Shown here piece after piece: positions 25,201-33,794 of a stretch of DNA of 64,000 bases. Source of the DNA: Candidatus Paralachnospira caecorum (GTDB lineage: Bacteria > Bacillota > Clostridia > Lachnospirales > Lachnospiraceae); the NCBI GenBank assembly GCA_904379015.1, contig CAJFHG010000012.1, forward strand, positions 40-64,039, written 5' to 3'. A model generated the notes under the pieces. It was given only the letters and a program-made list of their open reading frames with translations. It was not told where the DNA came from and did not search any database. The position numbers and the translations under genes were made by a program. Position 1 is the first letter of the stretch, and every line of letters begins with the position of its first letter.

Positions 25201-26106
25201 ATGAGATGGAATTTTAAACAGGTCACAGCAGATGATGTGAAGATCCTTCCGGCTTATTTTAAGCTGCGTCCCAACAGGACATGCGACAGTGTGTTCCTGG
25301 ACAGCTTTCTGTGGAAGGATTACTATCATGTGGAGTACTGTGTCTGTGACGGAAAAGCGGTAGAGTGGAAAATGCAGGTGAACGGAGAACACTTTGCGGC
25401 TATTCCTCTGTGCAGGGCAGAGGATCTGGAGTTTTATTTTTTCGATACAAAGAAATATTTCAATGAGGTTCTGGGGATCAGGCTTAAGATTTATCTGGCA
25501 GATGAAAACGCGGTGGAGCTGCTGGATCTGGATCCCGCTGAATTTGCCGTGGAGGAGCAGCCCGACGCGGCGGATTATCTGTATGACGGCGAGGCGCTGA
25601 GGACTCTGGCAGGAAAGAAGTATCACAAAAAGAAGAACCATGTGAACGCGTTCATGCGGGAGTATGAAGGGCGCTATGAATACCGGACGCTGAACTGTTC
25701 CAACCGGAATGATATGTGGAAATTCCTGGACCGGTGGAGGACCATGAAGGGCGCCCATGTGGAAGGAACGCTGGACCCGGAGGTGGAAGGAATCCACAGC
25801 ATTCTGAACCAGTGCCAGGATCTGGGCGTGCGGATGGGCGGCGTCTATGTGGACGGGCAGATGGAAGCCTTTTCCATGGGAAGCTACAATGAGGCGGAAG
25901 ATATGGCGATCATCCATATCGAAAAGGCCAATCCGGACATCCGGGGCATGTATGCCTTTATCAACCAGCAGTTTCTGATCCATGAATTTCCCCATGTGTC
26001 TCTGGTGAACAGGGAGGACGACGTGGGGCTGCCGGGACTGAGAAAGGCGAAGCAGTCCTATCATCCCGTCGGGTTTGCCAGAAAATTTCAGATCAGGGAA
26101 TTGTAA
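25201..26106 (+). CDS. DUF2156 / phosphatidylglycerol lysyltransferase-domain protein
   Basis: DYLYD...L.GKKYHKKKNHVNAF...HIEKAN...G.YAFINQQF...VNREDDVGLPGLRKAKQSYHP. Confidence 0.85.
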   Translation: MRWNFKQVTADDVKILPAYFKLRPNRTCDSVFLDSFLWKDYYHVEYCVCDGKAVEWKMQVNGEHFAAIPLCRAEDLEFYFFDTKKYFNEVLGIRLKIYLADENAVELLDLDPAEFAVEEQPDAADYLYDGEALRTLAGKKYHKKKNHVNAFMREYEGRYEYRTLNCSNRNDMWKFLDRWRTMKGAHVEGTLDPEVEGIHSILNQCQDLGVRMGGVYVDGQMEAFSMGSYNEAEDMAIIHIEKANPDIRGMYAFINQQFLIHEFPHVSLVNREDDVGLPGLRKAKQSYHPVGFARKFQIREL

Positions 26107-26108
26107 AT

Positions 26109-27287
26109 ATGGAAAGAGAACAACAGACGCGCCTGCTGGATGAACAGGGAAAAAAGGACGCGAGAGGGCTTTGGGAGGAAATTTTTCAGGAAGATACAAA
26201 AATGTTTCTGGATTATTATGACCGGTGGAAGCTGCCGGAAAACGAGTGCTTCGGCATTTACGGAGAGGACGGAAGGCTGGATTCCATGGTGCAGCTCAAT
26301 CCTTACCGGCTGCGGGTGAAGGGGCGGGAGGCAGAGAGCCGTTATATCATCGCGGTCGCCACCCGTCCGGAGCGCAGGCAGAAAGGACTCATGCGGCGGC
26401 TTCTGAAGGAAAGTCTGGAGTATATGAGGAGGAAGGCGATGCCCTTCGCCTTTCTGATGCCGGCCAGCGACGCCATTTACCGGCCCTTTGACTTCCGGTA
26501 TTTCTATACGATGAATACCGGGGTGATCGGTCGGGAAGAACCCAGGGGAACGCTCCGGGCGGCAGAGGCTTCCCCGGCCGGAGCGGAAGTCCGGGCCCGG
26601 GCCGCTTCCCGGCAGGATATTCCGGAGCTGATCCGGTTTTATGAGGAGACGGCCGGAGCCATGTATGATTGCTGTACCGTGCGGGATGTCCATTATTTTG
26701 AGATGCTGTTCGCCGAGCTGGAGAGCGAAAAGGGAGGCATGCTTCTTATATATGAGGGCAGACGGATCGCGGGCTGCCTGTCTTTCTGGGGGCTGGAAGA
26801 GCCGGAGATCAGAGAACTTCTGTGCAGGCCGGAGGACAGGGAAATGGTGCTGGAAGCAGTTTCCGGCTTCTTTGGCGGAAGGATCCGCGCGGAGGGCGCT
26901 TCTGTTCCGCTGGATGAACGGAAACCGGTCATTATGGGCAGGATCGCGGACGCGGAGGCCTTTCTCCGGCTGTTCGGCGCGGACAGGCCCATGACGGTCC
27001 GGCTGAGCCTGACGGATCCGTTCCTGGAAGAAAACACGGGAATCTGGATGTGGCATCTGTCCCCCGGCGGAAGCGCCGTGAGACGGGCAGGACGCGGTGA
27101 AGACGGGGAGCTTCGCGCGGAGACGGACGCGGCCGGCCTGTTCCAGTGGCTTTCCGGAGCGGTGTCTCCGGGAGACCTGATGGAGGCCGGGCTGCTGAAG
27201 GCAGAGGCTGCCGGGACCGGGACAGCGCGTGGGATTCTTTCGGCAGTGCGGGTGTGCCGCGCTCCCTGGCTCAATGAGATCGTGTAG
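26109..27287 (+). CDS. Eis-like GNAT acetyltransferase with C-terminal SCP2-like domain
   Basis: IIAVATRPERRQKGLMRRLL...FLMPA...IYRPFDF. Confidence 0.8.
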   Translation: MEREQQTRLLDEQGKKDARGLWEEIFQEDTKMFLDYYDRWKLPENECFGIYGEDGRLDSMVQLNPYRLRVKGREAESRYIIAVATRPERRQKGLMRRLLKESLEYMRRKAMPFAFLMPASDAIYRPFDFRYFYTMNTGVIGREEPRGTLRAAEASPAGAEVRARAASRQDIPELIRFYEETAGAMYDCCTVRDVHYFEMLFAELESEKGGMLLIYEGRRIAGCLSFWGLEEPEIRELLCRPEDREMVLEAVSGFFGGRIRAEGASVPLDERKPVIMGRIADAEAFLRLFGADRPMTVRLSLTDPFLEENTGIWMWHLSPGGSAVRRAGRGEDGELRAETDAAGLFQWLSGAVSPGDLMEAGLLKAEAAGTGTARGILSAVRVCRAPWLNEIV

Positions 27288-27325
27288 AAGAGAACGCGGG
27301 GGATCATGCAAAGGAGGAGATGCAT

Positions 27326-28048
27326 ATGAGCGGGAAAGAAAAACTGATGGAATGGGTGCAGAACAGTGACAATATTGTGTTTTTCGGCGGAGCGGGCGTG
27401 TCCACGGAGAGCAATATTCCGGATTTCCGGAGCGTGGACGGCCTGTATCATCAGCAGTATGATGTGCCTCCGGAGACCATTCTGAGCCATACCTATTACA
27501 GGCGTCACACAAAGGAATTTTTCCGGTTTTATAAAAACAAGATGATCTTCCCGGAGGCGAAGCCCAACGCGGCCCATCTGGCGCTGGCGAAGCTGGAGGA
27601 ACAGGGAAAGCTCCGGGCCGTGATCACCCAGAATATCGACGGGCTTCATCAGATGGCGGGCAGCAGGGAAGTCCTGGAGCTCCATGGTTCGGTTCACCGC
27701 AATTACTGTGAAAACTGCGGAAAATTCTATGACGCGGACTATATTCTCAGGGCGAAGGAAATTCCCTTCTGTGAATGCGGCGGGGTCGTGAAGCCGGATG
27801 TGGTCCTCTACGAGGAAGGATTGGATTACGGCACTCTGCAGAAGGCGACGCGGTATATTTCAGAGGCAGAGGTGCTGATCATCGGAGGCACGTCCCTGAC
27901 GGTCTATCCGGCCGCCGGGCTGATCGATTATTACAGGGGAAACAAGCTGGTGCTGATCAATCAGAGCGCCACCCCCATGGACGGACGGGCGGATCTGATC
28001 ATCACGGAACCCATCGGGGAGACCCTTTCCGTGTTTCTGCAGGAATAG
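27326..28048 (+). CDS. cobB: NAD-dependent protein deacylase (Sir2 family)
   Basis: GGAGVSTESNIPDFR, TQNIDGLH, ELHGS, KPDVVLYEE, GGTSLTVYPAA. Confidence 0.92.
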   Translation: MSGKEKLMEWVQNSDNIVFFGGAGVSTESNIPDFRSVDGLYHQQYDVPPETILSHTYYRRHTKEFFRFYKNKMIFPEAKPNAAHLALAKLEEQGKLRAVITQNIDGLHQMAGSREVLELHGSVHRNYCENCGKFYDADYILRAKEIPFCECGGVVKPDVVLYEEGLDYGTLQKATRYISEAEVLIIGGTSLTVYPAAGLIDYYRGNKLVLINQSATPMDGRADLIITEPIGETLSVFLQE

Positions 28049-28105
28049 TCAAAGAGCCTCTGTCCTGTCCCGGACCGGGACCGGCAGAGGGAACAGGAGG
28101 CAGGT

Positions 28106-28309
28106 ATGGATTTTCAAATTGGAGATATGGTAAAACTGAAAAAACCTCATCCCTGCGGGAGCAGCGAGTGGGAAGTGATCCGCGTCGGCATGGATTTTAA
28201 ACTGAAATGCGCGGGATGCGGACATCTGATCATGGTTCCCAGGAAACTGGTGGAAAAGAACTGCCGGGGCGTCCGCCGTCCGGACAGCGGAGACGGAACA
28301 GACAGATGA
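28106..28309 (+). CDS. DUF951 family protein
   Basis: GDMVKLKKPHPCGSSEWEVIRVGMDFKLKCAGCGH. Confidence 0.85.
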   Translation: MDFQIGDMVKLKKPHPCGSSEWEVIRVGMDFKLKCAGCGHLIMVPRKLVEKNCRGVRRPDSGDGTDR

Positions 28310-28329
28310 GAGAAATGGCGAAAAAAAGC

Positions 28330-28358
28330 TTGCAAACCCTGCCGAAACATGGTAGAAT
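28330..28358 (+). promoter_or_regulatory. Promoter of rpsF-ssb-rpsR
   Basis: TTGCAA, 17-bp spacer, (TG)TAGAAT. Confidence 0.6.
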
Positions 28359-28379
28359 CAATGTCTGTGACAGTAAAAC

Positions 28380-28437
28380 CTGTTTCCTTGCTCCCCGATG
28401 AAAAAGCAGGGGGCCAGAGACCAAAAGGAGGTAAAAC
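28380..28437 (+). promoter_or_regulatory. Putative S6:S18 autoregulatory leader
   Basis: TCCTTGCTC...GAGACCAAAAGGAGG. The TCCTT can pair with the AAGGA Shine-Dalgarno, consistent with rpsF leaders in Firmicutes. Confidence 0.4.
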
Positions 28438-28440
28438 AGC

Positions 28441-28728
28441 ATGAACAAATATGAATTAGCACTTGTGCTGAGTGCGAAGCTGGAAGAGGAAGAAAGAGCG
28501 GCCGCGCTGGAAAAGGCCAAATCTTACATTACCCGTTTCGGCGGCACCATCACAAATGTGGATGAGTGGGGCAAGAAGAGACTTGCTTACGAAATCCAGA
28601 AGATGAAAGAAGGATTTTATTATTTCATCCAGTTCGAGTCTGATTCTGACTGCCCGAACGAAGTGGAAAGCCATGTTCGTATTATGGAGCCTGTGATCAG
28701 ATATCTGTGCGTGAAGCAGGAAGCGTAA
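28441..28728 (+). CDS. rpsF: 30S ribosomal protein S6
   Basis: MNKYEL...VDEWGKKRLAYEI...IRYL. Confidence 0.97.
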   Translation: MNKYELALVLSAKLEEEERAAALEKAKSYITRFGGTITNVDEWGKKRLAYEIQKMKEGFYYFIQFESDSDCPNEVESHVRIMEPVIRYLCVKQEA

Positions 28729-28749
28729 AGAGGGAAAAGAGGAGATTGC

Positions 28750-29205
28750 ATGAATAAGGTTATACTCATGGGAAGACTGACCAGAGATCCCGATATCCGG
28801 TATTCGCAGGGCGGCATGGCAGTTGCCAGGTACACCCTCGCGGTTGACAGAAGATTCAGCAGGAGCAATGAGAATGGAAACGACCAGACTGCTGATTTCA
28901 TTTCCTGCGTCGCCTTCGGAAGGAGCGCTGAGTTCGCTGAAAAATATCTGCACCAGGGCATCAAGATCGCGGTGACCGGCAGGATTCAGACCGGCAGTTA
29001 CACAAACAGAGACGGACAGAAGGTTTATACCACAGACGTTGTAGTGGAGGATCAGGAATTCGCGGAAAGCAAGAACGCGTCATCTCAGAATGCAGGCGCG
29101 TCCTCCTATCGTCCGGAATCCAGACCCCAGCCCTCCAGCGCGGTGGACGATGGTTTTATGAACATTCCCGATGGAGTAGAAGATGAGGGTCTCCCGTTTA
29201 ATTAG
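28750..29205 (+). CDS. ssb: Single-stranded DNA-binding protein
   Basis: MNKVILMGRLTRDP...TADFISCVAFG...DEGLPFN tail. Confidence 0.97.
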   Translation: MNKVILMGRLTRDPDIRYSQGGMAVARYTLAVDRRFSRSNENGNDQTADFISCVAFGRSAEFAEKYLHQGIKIAVTGRIQTGSYTNRDGQKVYTTDVVVEDQEFAESKNASSQNAGASSYRPESRPQPSSAVDDGFMNIPDGVEDEGLPFN

Positions 29206-29233
29206 ATGATATTCGGATAAGGAGGTTTTAACT

Positions 29234-29497
29234 ATGGCTTACACAAAAGGCGACAGAGCGGATTCTCCCATGAAGAGGAGAGGCGGACGCAGAAGAAAGA
29301 AAGTCTGCGTGTTCTGTGGAGATAAAAACGGCGTAATTGATTACAAGGACGTTGCGAAGTTAAAGAGATACGTATCTGAGAGAGGAAAGATCCTTCCCAG
29401 AAGGATCACCGGCAACTGCGCGAAGCATCAGCGGGCGCTGACCGTTGCCATCAAGAGAGCAAGACATCTTGCCCTTATGCCTTACACAATGGAATAA
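29234..29497 (+). CDS. rpsR: 30S ribosomal protein S18
   Basis: RRKKVCVFC...IDYKD...[18 protein letters not shown]. Confidence 0.97.
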   Translation: MAYTKGDRADSPMKRRGGRRRKKVCVFCGDKNGVIDYKDVAKLKRYVSERGKILPRRITGNCAKHQRALTVAIKRARHLALMPYTME

Positions 29498-29510
29498 GAT
29501 CAGAGATCAG

Positions 29511-29554
29511 AAAAGCACAGGGCTTCCTGCCAGAGGAGGTTCCTGTGCTTTTTC
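29511..29554. terminator. Likely bidirectional terminator after rpsR
   Basis: AAAAGCACAGG...CCTGTGCTTTT. Confidence 0.65.
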
Positions 29555-29610
29555 ATTTCATGAGAAGCTCTGTTTCCTGTTCAGTCAGAACGCTCCGACG
29601 GCAGAAGATT

Positions 29611-30252
29611 CTACTGATCCCCGGAGATCATGTCGATCCCCTGCTGAAGGGTTTCTCTGTCGATGGCGCCCGCGGCGCGGGCGACAGCGTTGCCGTCGGC
29701 GTCGATAAAGTAAGTGGAGGGAAGAGAATATACGCTGTAGGCGACAGCCGCGCTGTAATCGGTATCATAATAGACCGGGAAGGAAAATCCCTGTTCCTCC
29801 ACATAGCTTCTGGCCGTTTCGAGGGTCTCCCGGGAACCGTCGGTCATGTTGACCATCAGGAAATGGATGTCTTCGCCCAGCTCGGCATAGGCCGCGTTGA
29901 AATCGGGCATTTCGCTCTTGCAGGGACCGCACCAGCTCGCCCAGAAATTCACGACCACCGGCTTTCCGCGGAAGTCTGACAGGCTGACCTGGTTCCCTTC
30001 TCCGTCGGTGACGGTGAAATCGGGGGCGGGAGAGGGGGTCTGAGCGCTTTCGGTGTCTTCTGTTGCTTCTGCTGTCCCTTCTCCGTTTTCTCCGGCCGCG
30101 CTTTCCTGGCTGGCAGAAGAGACGGTTTCGTTTTGAGCGGAAAGCCGGTCGGGGGCGTTTCCGGCGCTCAGGCGGGAGTAAAGAAAGTAAGCTCCGCCCA
30201 GAAGGGCGATCAATAGGATCACGAGGATCACAAGTACGGTGTTTTTTTTCAT
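29611..30252 (-). CDS. TlpA-like thiol-disulfide oxidoreductase, membrane anchored
   Basis: APDFT...NFWASWCGPCKSEMP (CxxC) after a TM helix and an acidic linker. Confidence 0.9.
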   Translation of the reverse strand: MKKNTVLVILVILLIALLGGAYFLYSRLSAGNAPDRLSAQNETVSSASQESAAGENGEGTAEATEDTESAQTPSPAPDFTVTDGEGNQVSLSDFRGKPVVVNFWASWCGPCKSEMPDFNAAYAELGEDIHFLMVNMTDGSRETLETARSYVEEQGFSFPVYYDTDYSAAVAYSVYSLPSTYFIDADGNAVARAAGAIDRETLQQGIDMISGDQ

Positions 30253-30265
30253 GATGTCTCCTTTA

Positions 30266-30928
30266 TCAGCTTAACAGGGTGATCAGGCGGCCCAGCGTGC
30301 CGGTGGCCATCAGGATGCCCACCAGGACCAGCAGGGAGCCGCATACCAGATTGATGATCCGGTAATGGCGCTTGATCCAGCCGAAGGCTGACTTCAGCCG
30401 GTCGATCAGGACAGCGCTGAGCAGGAAGGGAATGCCGAGTCCCAGGGAATATACGAAGAGCATCAGCATGCCCTCCGCCGCGTGGCCCTGCTGGGAAGCC
30501 AGCACCAGGGCGGAGCCGAGGAACGCGCCCACGCAGGGCGTCCAGCTCACGGAAAAGACAATGCCGAACAGCATGGCAGAGAAAAATCCCGGGTTCCGGA
30601 TTTCCATGGAACGGCTGGCGCCGCGGAACAGATGGAACCGGAATACGCCAAGAAAATTCAGCCCGAACACGATCACGATGATGCCGGAAATGAGGTTGAC
30701 GGCTGTCTGGTGGCTTTTCAGAAAGCTTCCCACGGTCCCCGCCAGAGCGCCCATGGCCACGAACAGGATGGTGAAGCCGAGCACAAAGCCGAGCGCGGCC
30801 CGCAGGGTCCTGCCGGTGTTCCGTTCCCCTCCGCCCGCGAAGTAGGAAATATAGATGGGAAGCATGGGCAGCAGACAGGGAGAGATAAATGTGATGATTC
30901 CTTCCAGGAATGAAATAAAATACTGCAT
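30266..30928 (-). CDS. ccdA: Cytochrome c biogenesis CcdA/DsbD membrane protein
   Basis: FLEGIITFISPCLLPMLP...SWTPCVGAFLG...YSLGLGIPF. Confidence 0.9.
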   Translation of the reverse strand: MQYFISFLEGIITFISPCLLPMLPIYISYFAGGGERNTGRTLRAALGFVLGFTILFVAMGALAGTVGSFLKSHQTAVNLISGIIVIVFGLNFLGVFRFHLFRGASRSMEIRNPGFFSAMLFGIVFSVSWTPCVGAFLGSALVLASQQGHAAEGMLMLFVYSLGLGIPFLLSAVLIDRLKSAFGWIKRHYRIINLVCGSLLVLVGILMATGTLGRLITLLS

Positions 30929-31210
30929 AAATACTCCTTTTTGTTTTACTATACAGAATTTGCCTTCTGCTGGCAAGCCTGTTTCTGTATTTTGCAGAAT
31001 AAGATTTCTTCAGAAGAAACAGTGGCGCAGGGAAAATTCCTGTTGAATTTATTAAAAAAGATTGATAAAAATAAAACAGCTAAGAAAAAGGAAAAATTAC
31101 TGGAAAAAATATTAAGAAAGTGTTAAAATAGAATAAAAATTTGCTGATGATAATTTCCGGCGCCGGGGGATTATTCAGGCTGAAAAAAGTAAAGGAACAA
31201 GGAGGAAACC

Positions 31211-32698
31211 ATGGCAACATTTTTAATTGGACTTGTGATTCTGATCGTCGGCGGGTTTCTGTACGGTACGTTTGTGGAGCGCGTCTTCAAACCGGACGAC
31301 AGAAAAACGCCTGCTGTAAGGCTGGAGGACGGGGTAGATTATGTCCCTATGAAGAAATTCAAAAACGCGCTGATCAATCTGCTGAATATCGCGGGAACCG
31401 GCCCGATCTTCGGACCGATCCAGGGTATTCTGTTCGGGCCCATCGCGTTCATCACCATTCCCATCGGATGTGTGATCAGCGGCGCGACCCATGACTATCT
31501 GAGCGGCATGATGTCTCTGCGTCAGGACGGCGCTCAGATGCCGCGCATTATCAGAAAGTTCCTTGGAACCGGAACCTATCAGGTGTATAACATTTTCCTC
31601 TGCTTCCTGATGCTCCTGGTAGGCGCGGTGTTCACCTACACGCCCGGTGACCTGTTCGCGGGACAGATTGTCGGCATTCAGGGCATCAATGTGTGGACCT
31701 GGGTGATCTACGCGGTGATCCTCCTGTATTATCTGGCAGCGACTCTGTTTCCCATCGACAAGATCATCGGAAGAGTTTATCCGATCTTCGGCGCGATCCT
31801 GCTGCTGTCCGCGGTAGGTGTATTCTTCGGGATCTTTATCCAGGGCTATCAGCTGGACAATATCGATTTCAGCAACGGATTCCAGGGGATCTTCAACCTG
31901 TATCCTTATTTTGAAGGCGTATCCGGTGCGACGGCAAAGGGCACTCCCTTTATTCCGGTATTCTTTGTGACGGTGGCCTGCGGCATTACGTCCGGCTTCC
32001 ATTCGACCCAGTGTACGCTGATCGCCCGTTCCGTGACCCATGAGAAAGAAGGAAAGTTCACCTTCTACGGCATGATGATCCTGGAAGGACTGATCGCCAT
32101 GATCTGGGCGGCGGCGGCCATGGGCCTTTACAACGCGGGTTCCACCAGCGGCGCGACCGCGGCGGTGGGCGAGGTGGCAAAGGGACTGCTCGGCCCGGTG
32201 GGCGGCATTATCGCCATCCTCGGTGTTATCGTGCTTCCGATCACCTCGGGAGACACGGCGCTCCGTTCCTGTCGTCTGATGATCGCGGAGTATCTGCATA
32301 TTGACCAGAAGAAAAAGAGAAACCGTGTCCTGGTGACTCTGGGAATCTTTGTTCCGGTGATCTTCATTCTGGTATTCGCGAAGCTGAACGCGCAGGGTTT
32401 CAATATCCTGTGGAGATATTTCGCGTGGAGCAACCAGACCATCGCGGTGTTTGCCTTCGCGGCGATCACTGTTTATCTGAAGGCGAAGAAAAACACAGGG
32501 AAATGGGTGCATCTGATCGCCCTGCTTCCCGGAAGCTTCTATCTGTTTATTATTTCGTCCTTCATCTGCAGTCAGTCCATAGGCTTCAATCTGCCCCTGC
32601 TGGTATCCTACATAATCGCCGCTGTTCTGACGGTTCTGTATCTTGTGGGCATTGAGGCGCTTGGAAATAAATACGCGGGAAAACATACAGAAGAGTAA
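31211..32698 (+). CDS. cstA: Carbon starvation protein A family transporter
   Basis: TPAVRLEDGVDYVPM...LLNIAGTGPIFG...TVACGITSGFHSTQ...ITSGDTALRS. Confidence 0.9.
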   Translation: MATFLIGLVILIVGGFLYGTFVERVFKPDDRKTPAVRLEDGVDYVPMKKFKNALINLLNIAGTGPIFGPIQGILFGPIAFITIPIGCVISGATHDYLSGMMSLRQDGAQMPRIIRKFLGTGTYQVYNIFLCFLMLLVGAVFTYTPGDLFAGQIVGIQGINVWTWVIYAVILLYYLAATLFPIDKIIGRVYPIFGAILLLSAVGVFFGIFIQGYQLDNIDFSNGFQGIFNLYPYFEGVSGATAKGTPFIPVFFVTVACGITSGFHSTQCTLIARSVTHEKEGKFTFYGMMILEGLIAMIWAAAAMGLYNAGSTSGATAAVGEVAKGLLGPVGGIIAILGVIVLPITSGDTALRSCRLMIAEYLHIDQKKKRNRVLVTLGIFVPVIFILVFAKLNAQGFNILWRYFAWSNQTIAVFAFAAITVYLKAKKNTGKWVHLIALLPGSFYLFIISSFICSQSIGFNLPLLVSYIIAAVLTVLYLVGIEALGNKYAGKHTEE

Positions 32699-32720
32699 TC
32701 TGAAAAATTGTGTTAAGATA

Positions 32721-32761
32721 AAAGGCATGGGGGCAGCAGGCGTCTGTTCCCGTGCCTTTTG
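32721..32761 (+). terminator. Terminator after cstA
   Basis: AAAAGGCATGGG...CCCGTGCCTTTT. Confidence 0.6.
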
Positions 32762-32825
32762 CGTGGAGTGAGCCCGGAGGGGCGTCCGCCGTGCCTGCAC
32801 AGGCAGGTATCCGGCGGAAATCAGT

Positions 32826-33761
32826 ATGAACGAGGAGGGCCTGATTGATTTGCTGGATTTTCTGAGAGAGGAAGGGATTGAAAAGACGCTGCTTGACAGG
32901 GTGGAAGCGTTTCGGAAGGCGCATCCGCCGGCGGCGGGAACAGAGGACCGCGTTCCGGTGCCGGGATACCGGTATTACGGCAGGGAAGTCTGGAGGAAGG
33001 CGCTGACCGCCATTCTCTGCGGCGAAAATATTCTCCTGACAGGGCCGAAGGCCACAGGAAAAAACGTGCTGGCCTCCAATCTTGCGGCGGTTTTCGGGAG
33101 GCCGGCCTGGGACATTTCTCTGTATCTTAACACGGACGCGGCCGCGCTGATCGGGACGGATACATTTCGGGACGGGCAGGTGACATACCGGGAGGGTCCG
33201 GTGACCCGGTGTGCCAGACTGGGCGGCTTCGGCATCCTGGACGAGATCAATATGGCAAAAAACGAGTCCCTGGCGGTGCTCCACGCGGCCCTTGATTTCC
33301 GGAGGGTGATCGATGTGCCCGGGTATGACAGGATCATGCTGGACGGTGCCTGCCGTTTTATCGGGACGATGAATTACGGATACGCCGGGACCAGAGAGCT
33401 GAATGAGGCGCTGGTCTCCCGGTTCGTGGTGATCCAGGTGCCGGAGATTTCGGCGGAGAATCTGAAAAAGCTGCTGAAGAAAGAATTCCCGGCGCTGAAG
33501 GAGAGCTGGGCCGGGCAGTTCGCCCAGCTGTTCGAGGAACTGCAGAAAAAGTGCGCCGGAGCGGAAATTTCTTCCAGGGCGCTGGATCTGCGGGGACTGC
33601 TGGCGGCCATCGGTCTGATCGAGGGCGGTCTGAGCACAGGAGAGGCCCTGGAACTGGGAATCGTGAACAAAACCTTTGATGTTTATGAGCGGGAGCTGGT
33701 GCGGGATGTGATCCGGGCCAGAATTTCGCAGAATGCGGACAGAAGGAAGCTGTTTGGGTAA
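32826..33761 (+). CDS. MoxR/NorQ-type AAA+ ATPase
   Basis: LLTGPKATGKN, GILDEINMA, IGTMNYGYAGTRELNEALVSRF. Confidence 0.85.
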   Translation: MNEEGLIDLLDFLREEGIEKTLLDRVEAFRKAHPPAAGTEDRVPVPGYRYYGREVWRKALTAILCGENILLTGPKATGKNVLASNLAAVFGRPAWDISLYLNTDAAALIGTDTFRDGQVTYREGPVTRCARLGGFGILDEINMAKNESLAVLHAALDFRRVIDVPGYDRIMLDGACRFIGTMNYGYAGTRELNEALVSRFVVIQVPEISAENLKKLLKKEFPALKESWAGQFAQLFEELQKKCAGAEISSRALDLRGLLAAIGLIEGGLSTGEALELGIVNKTFDVYERELVRDVIRARISQNADRRKLFG

Positions 33762-33794
33762 GCTGTTCGGGTAAAGCAGGCGGAAGGAAGCAGA

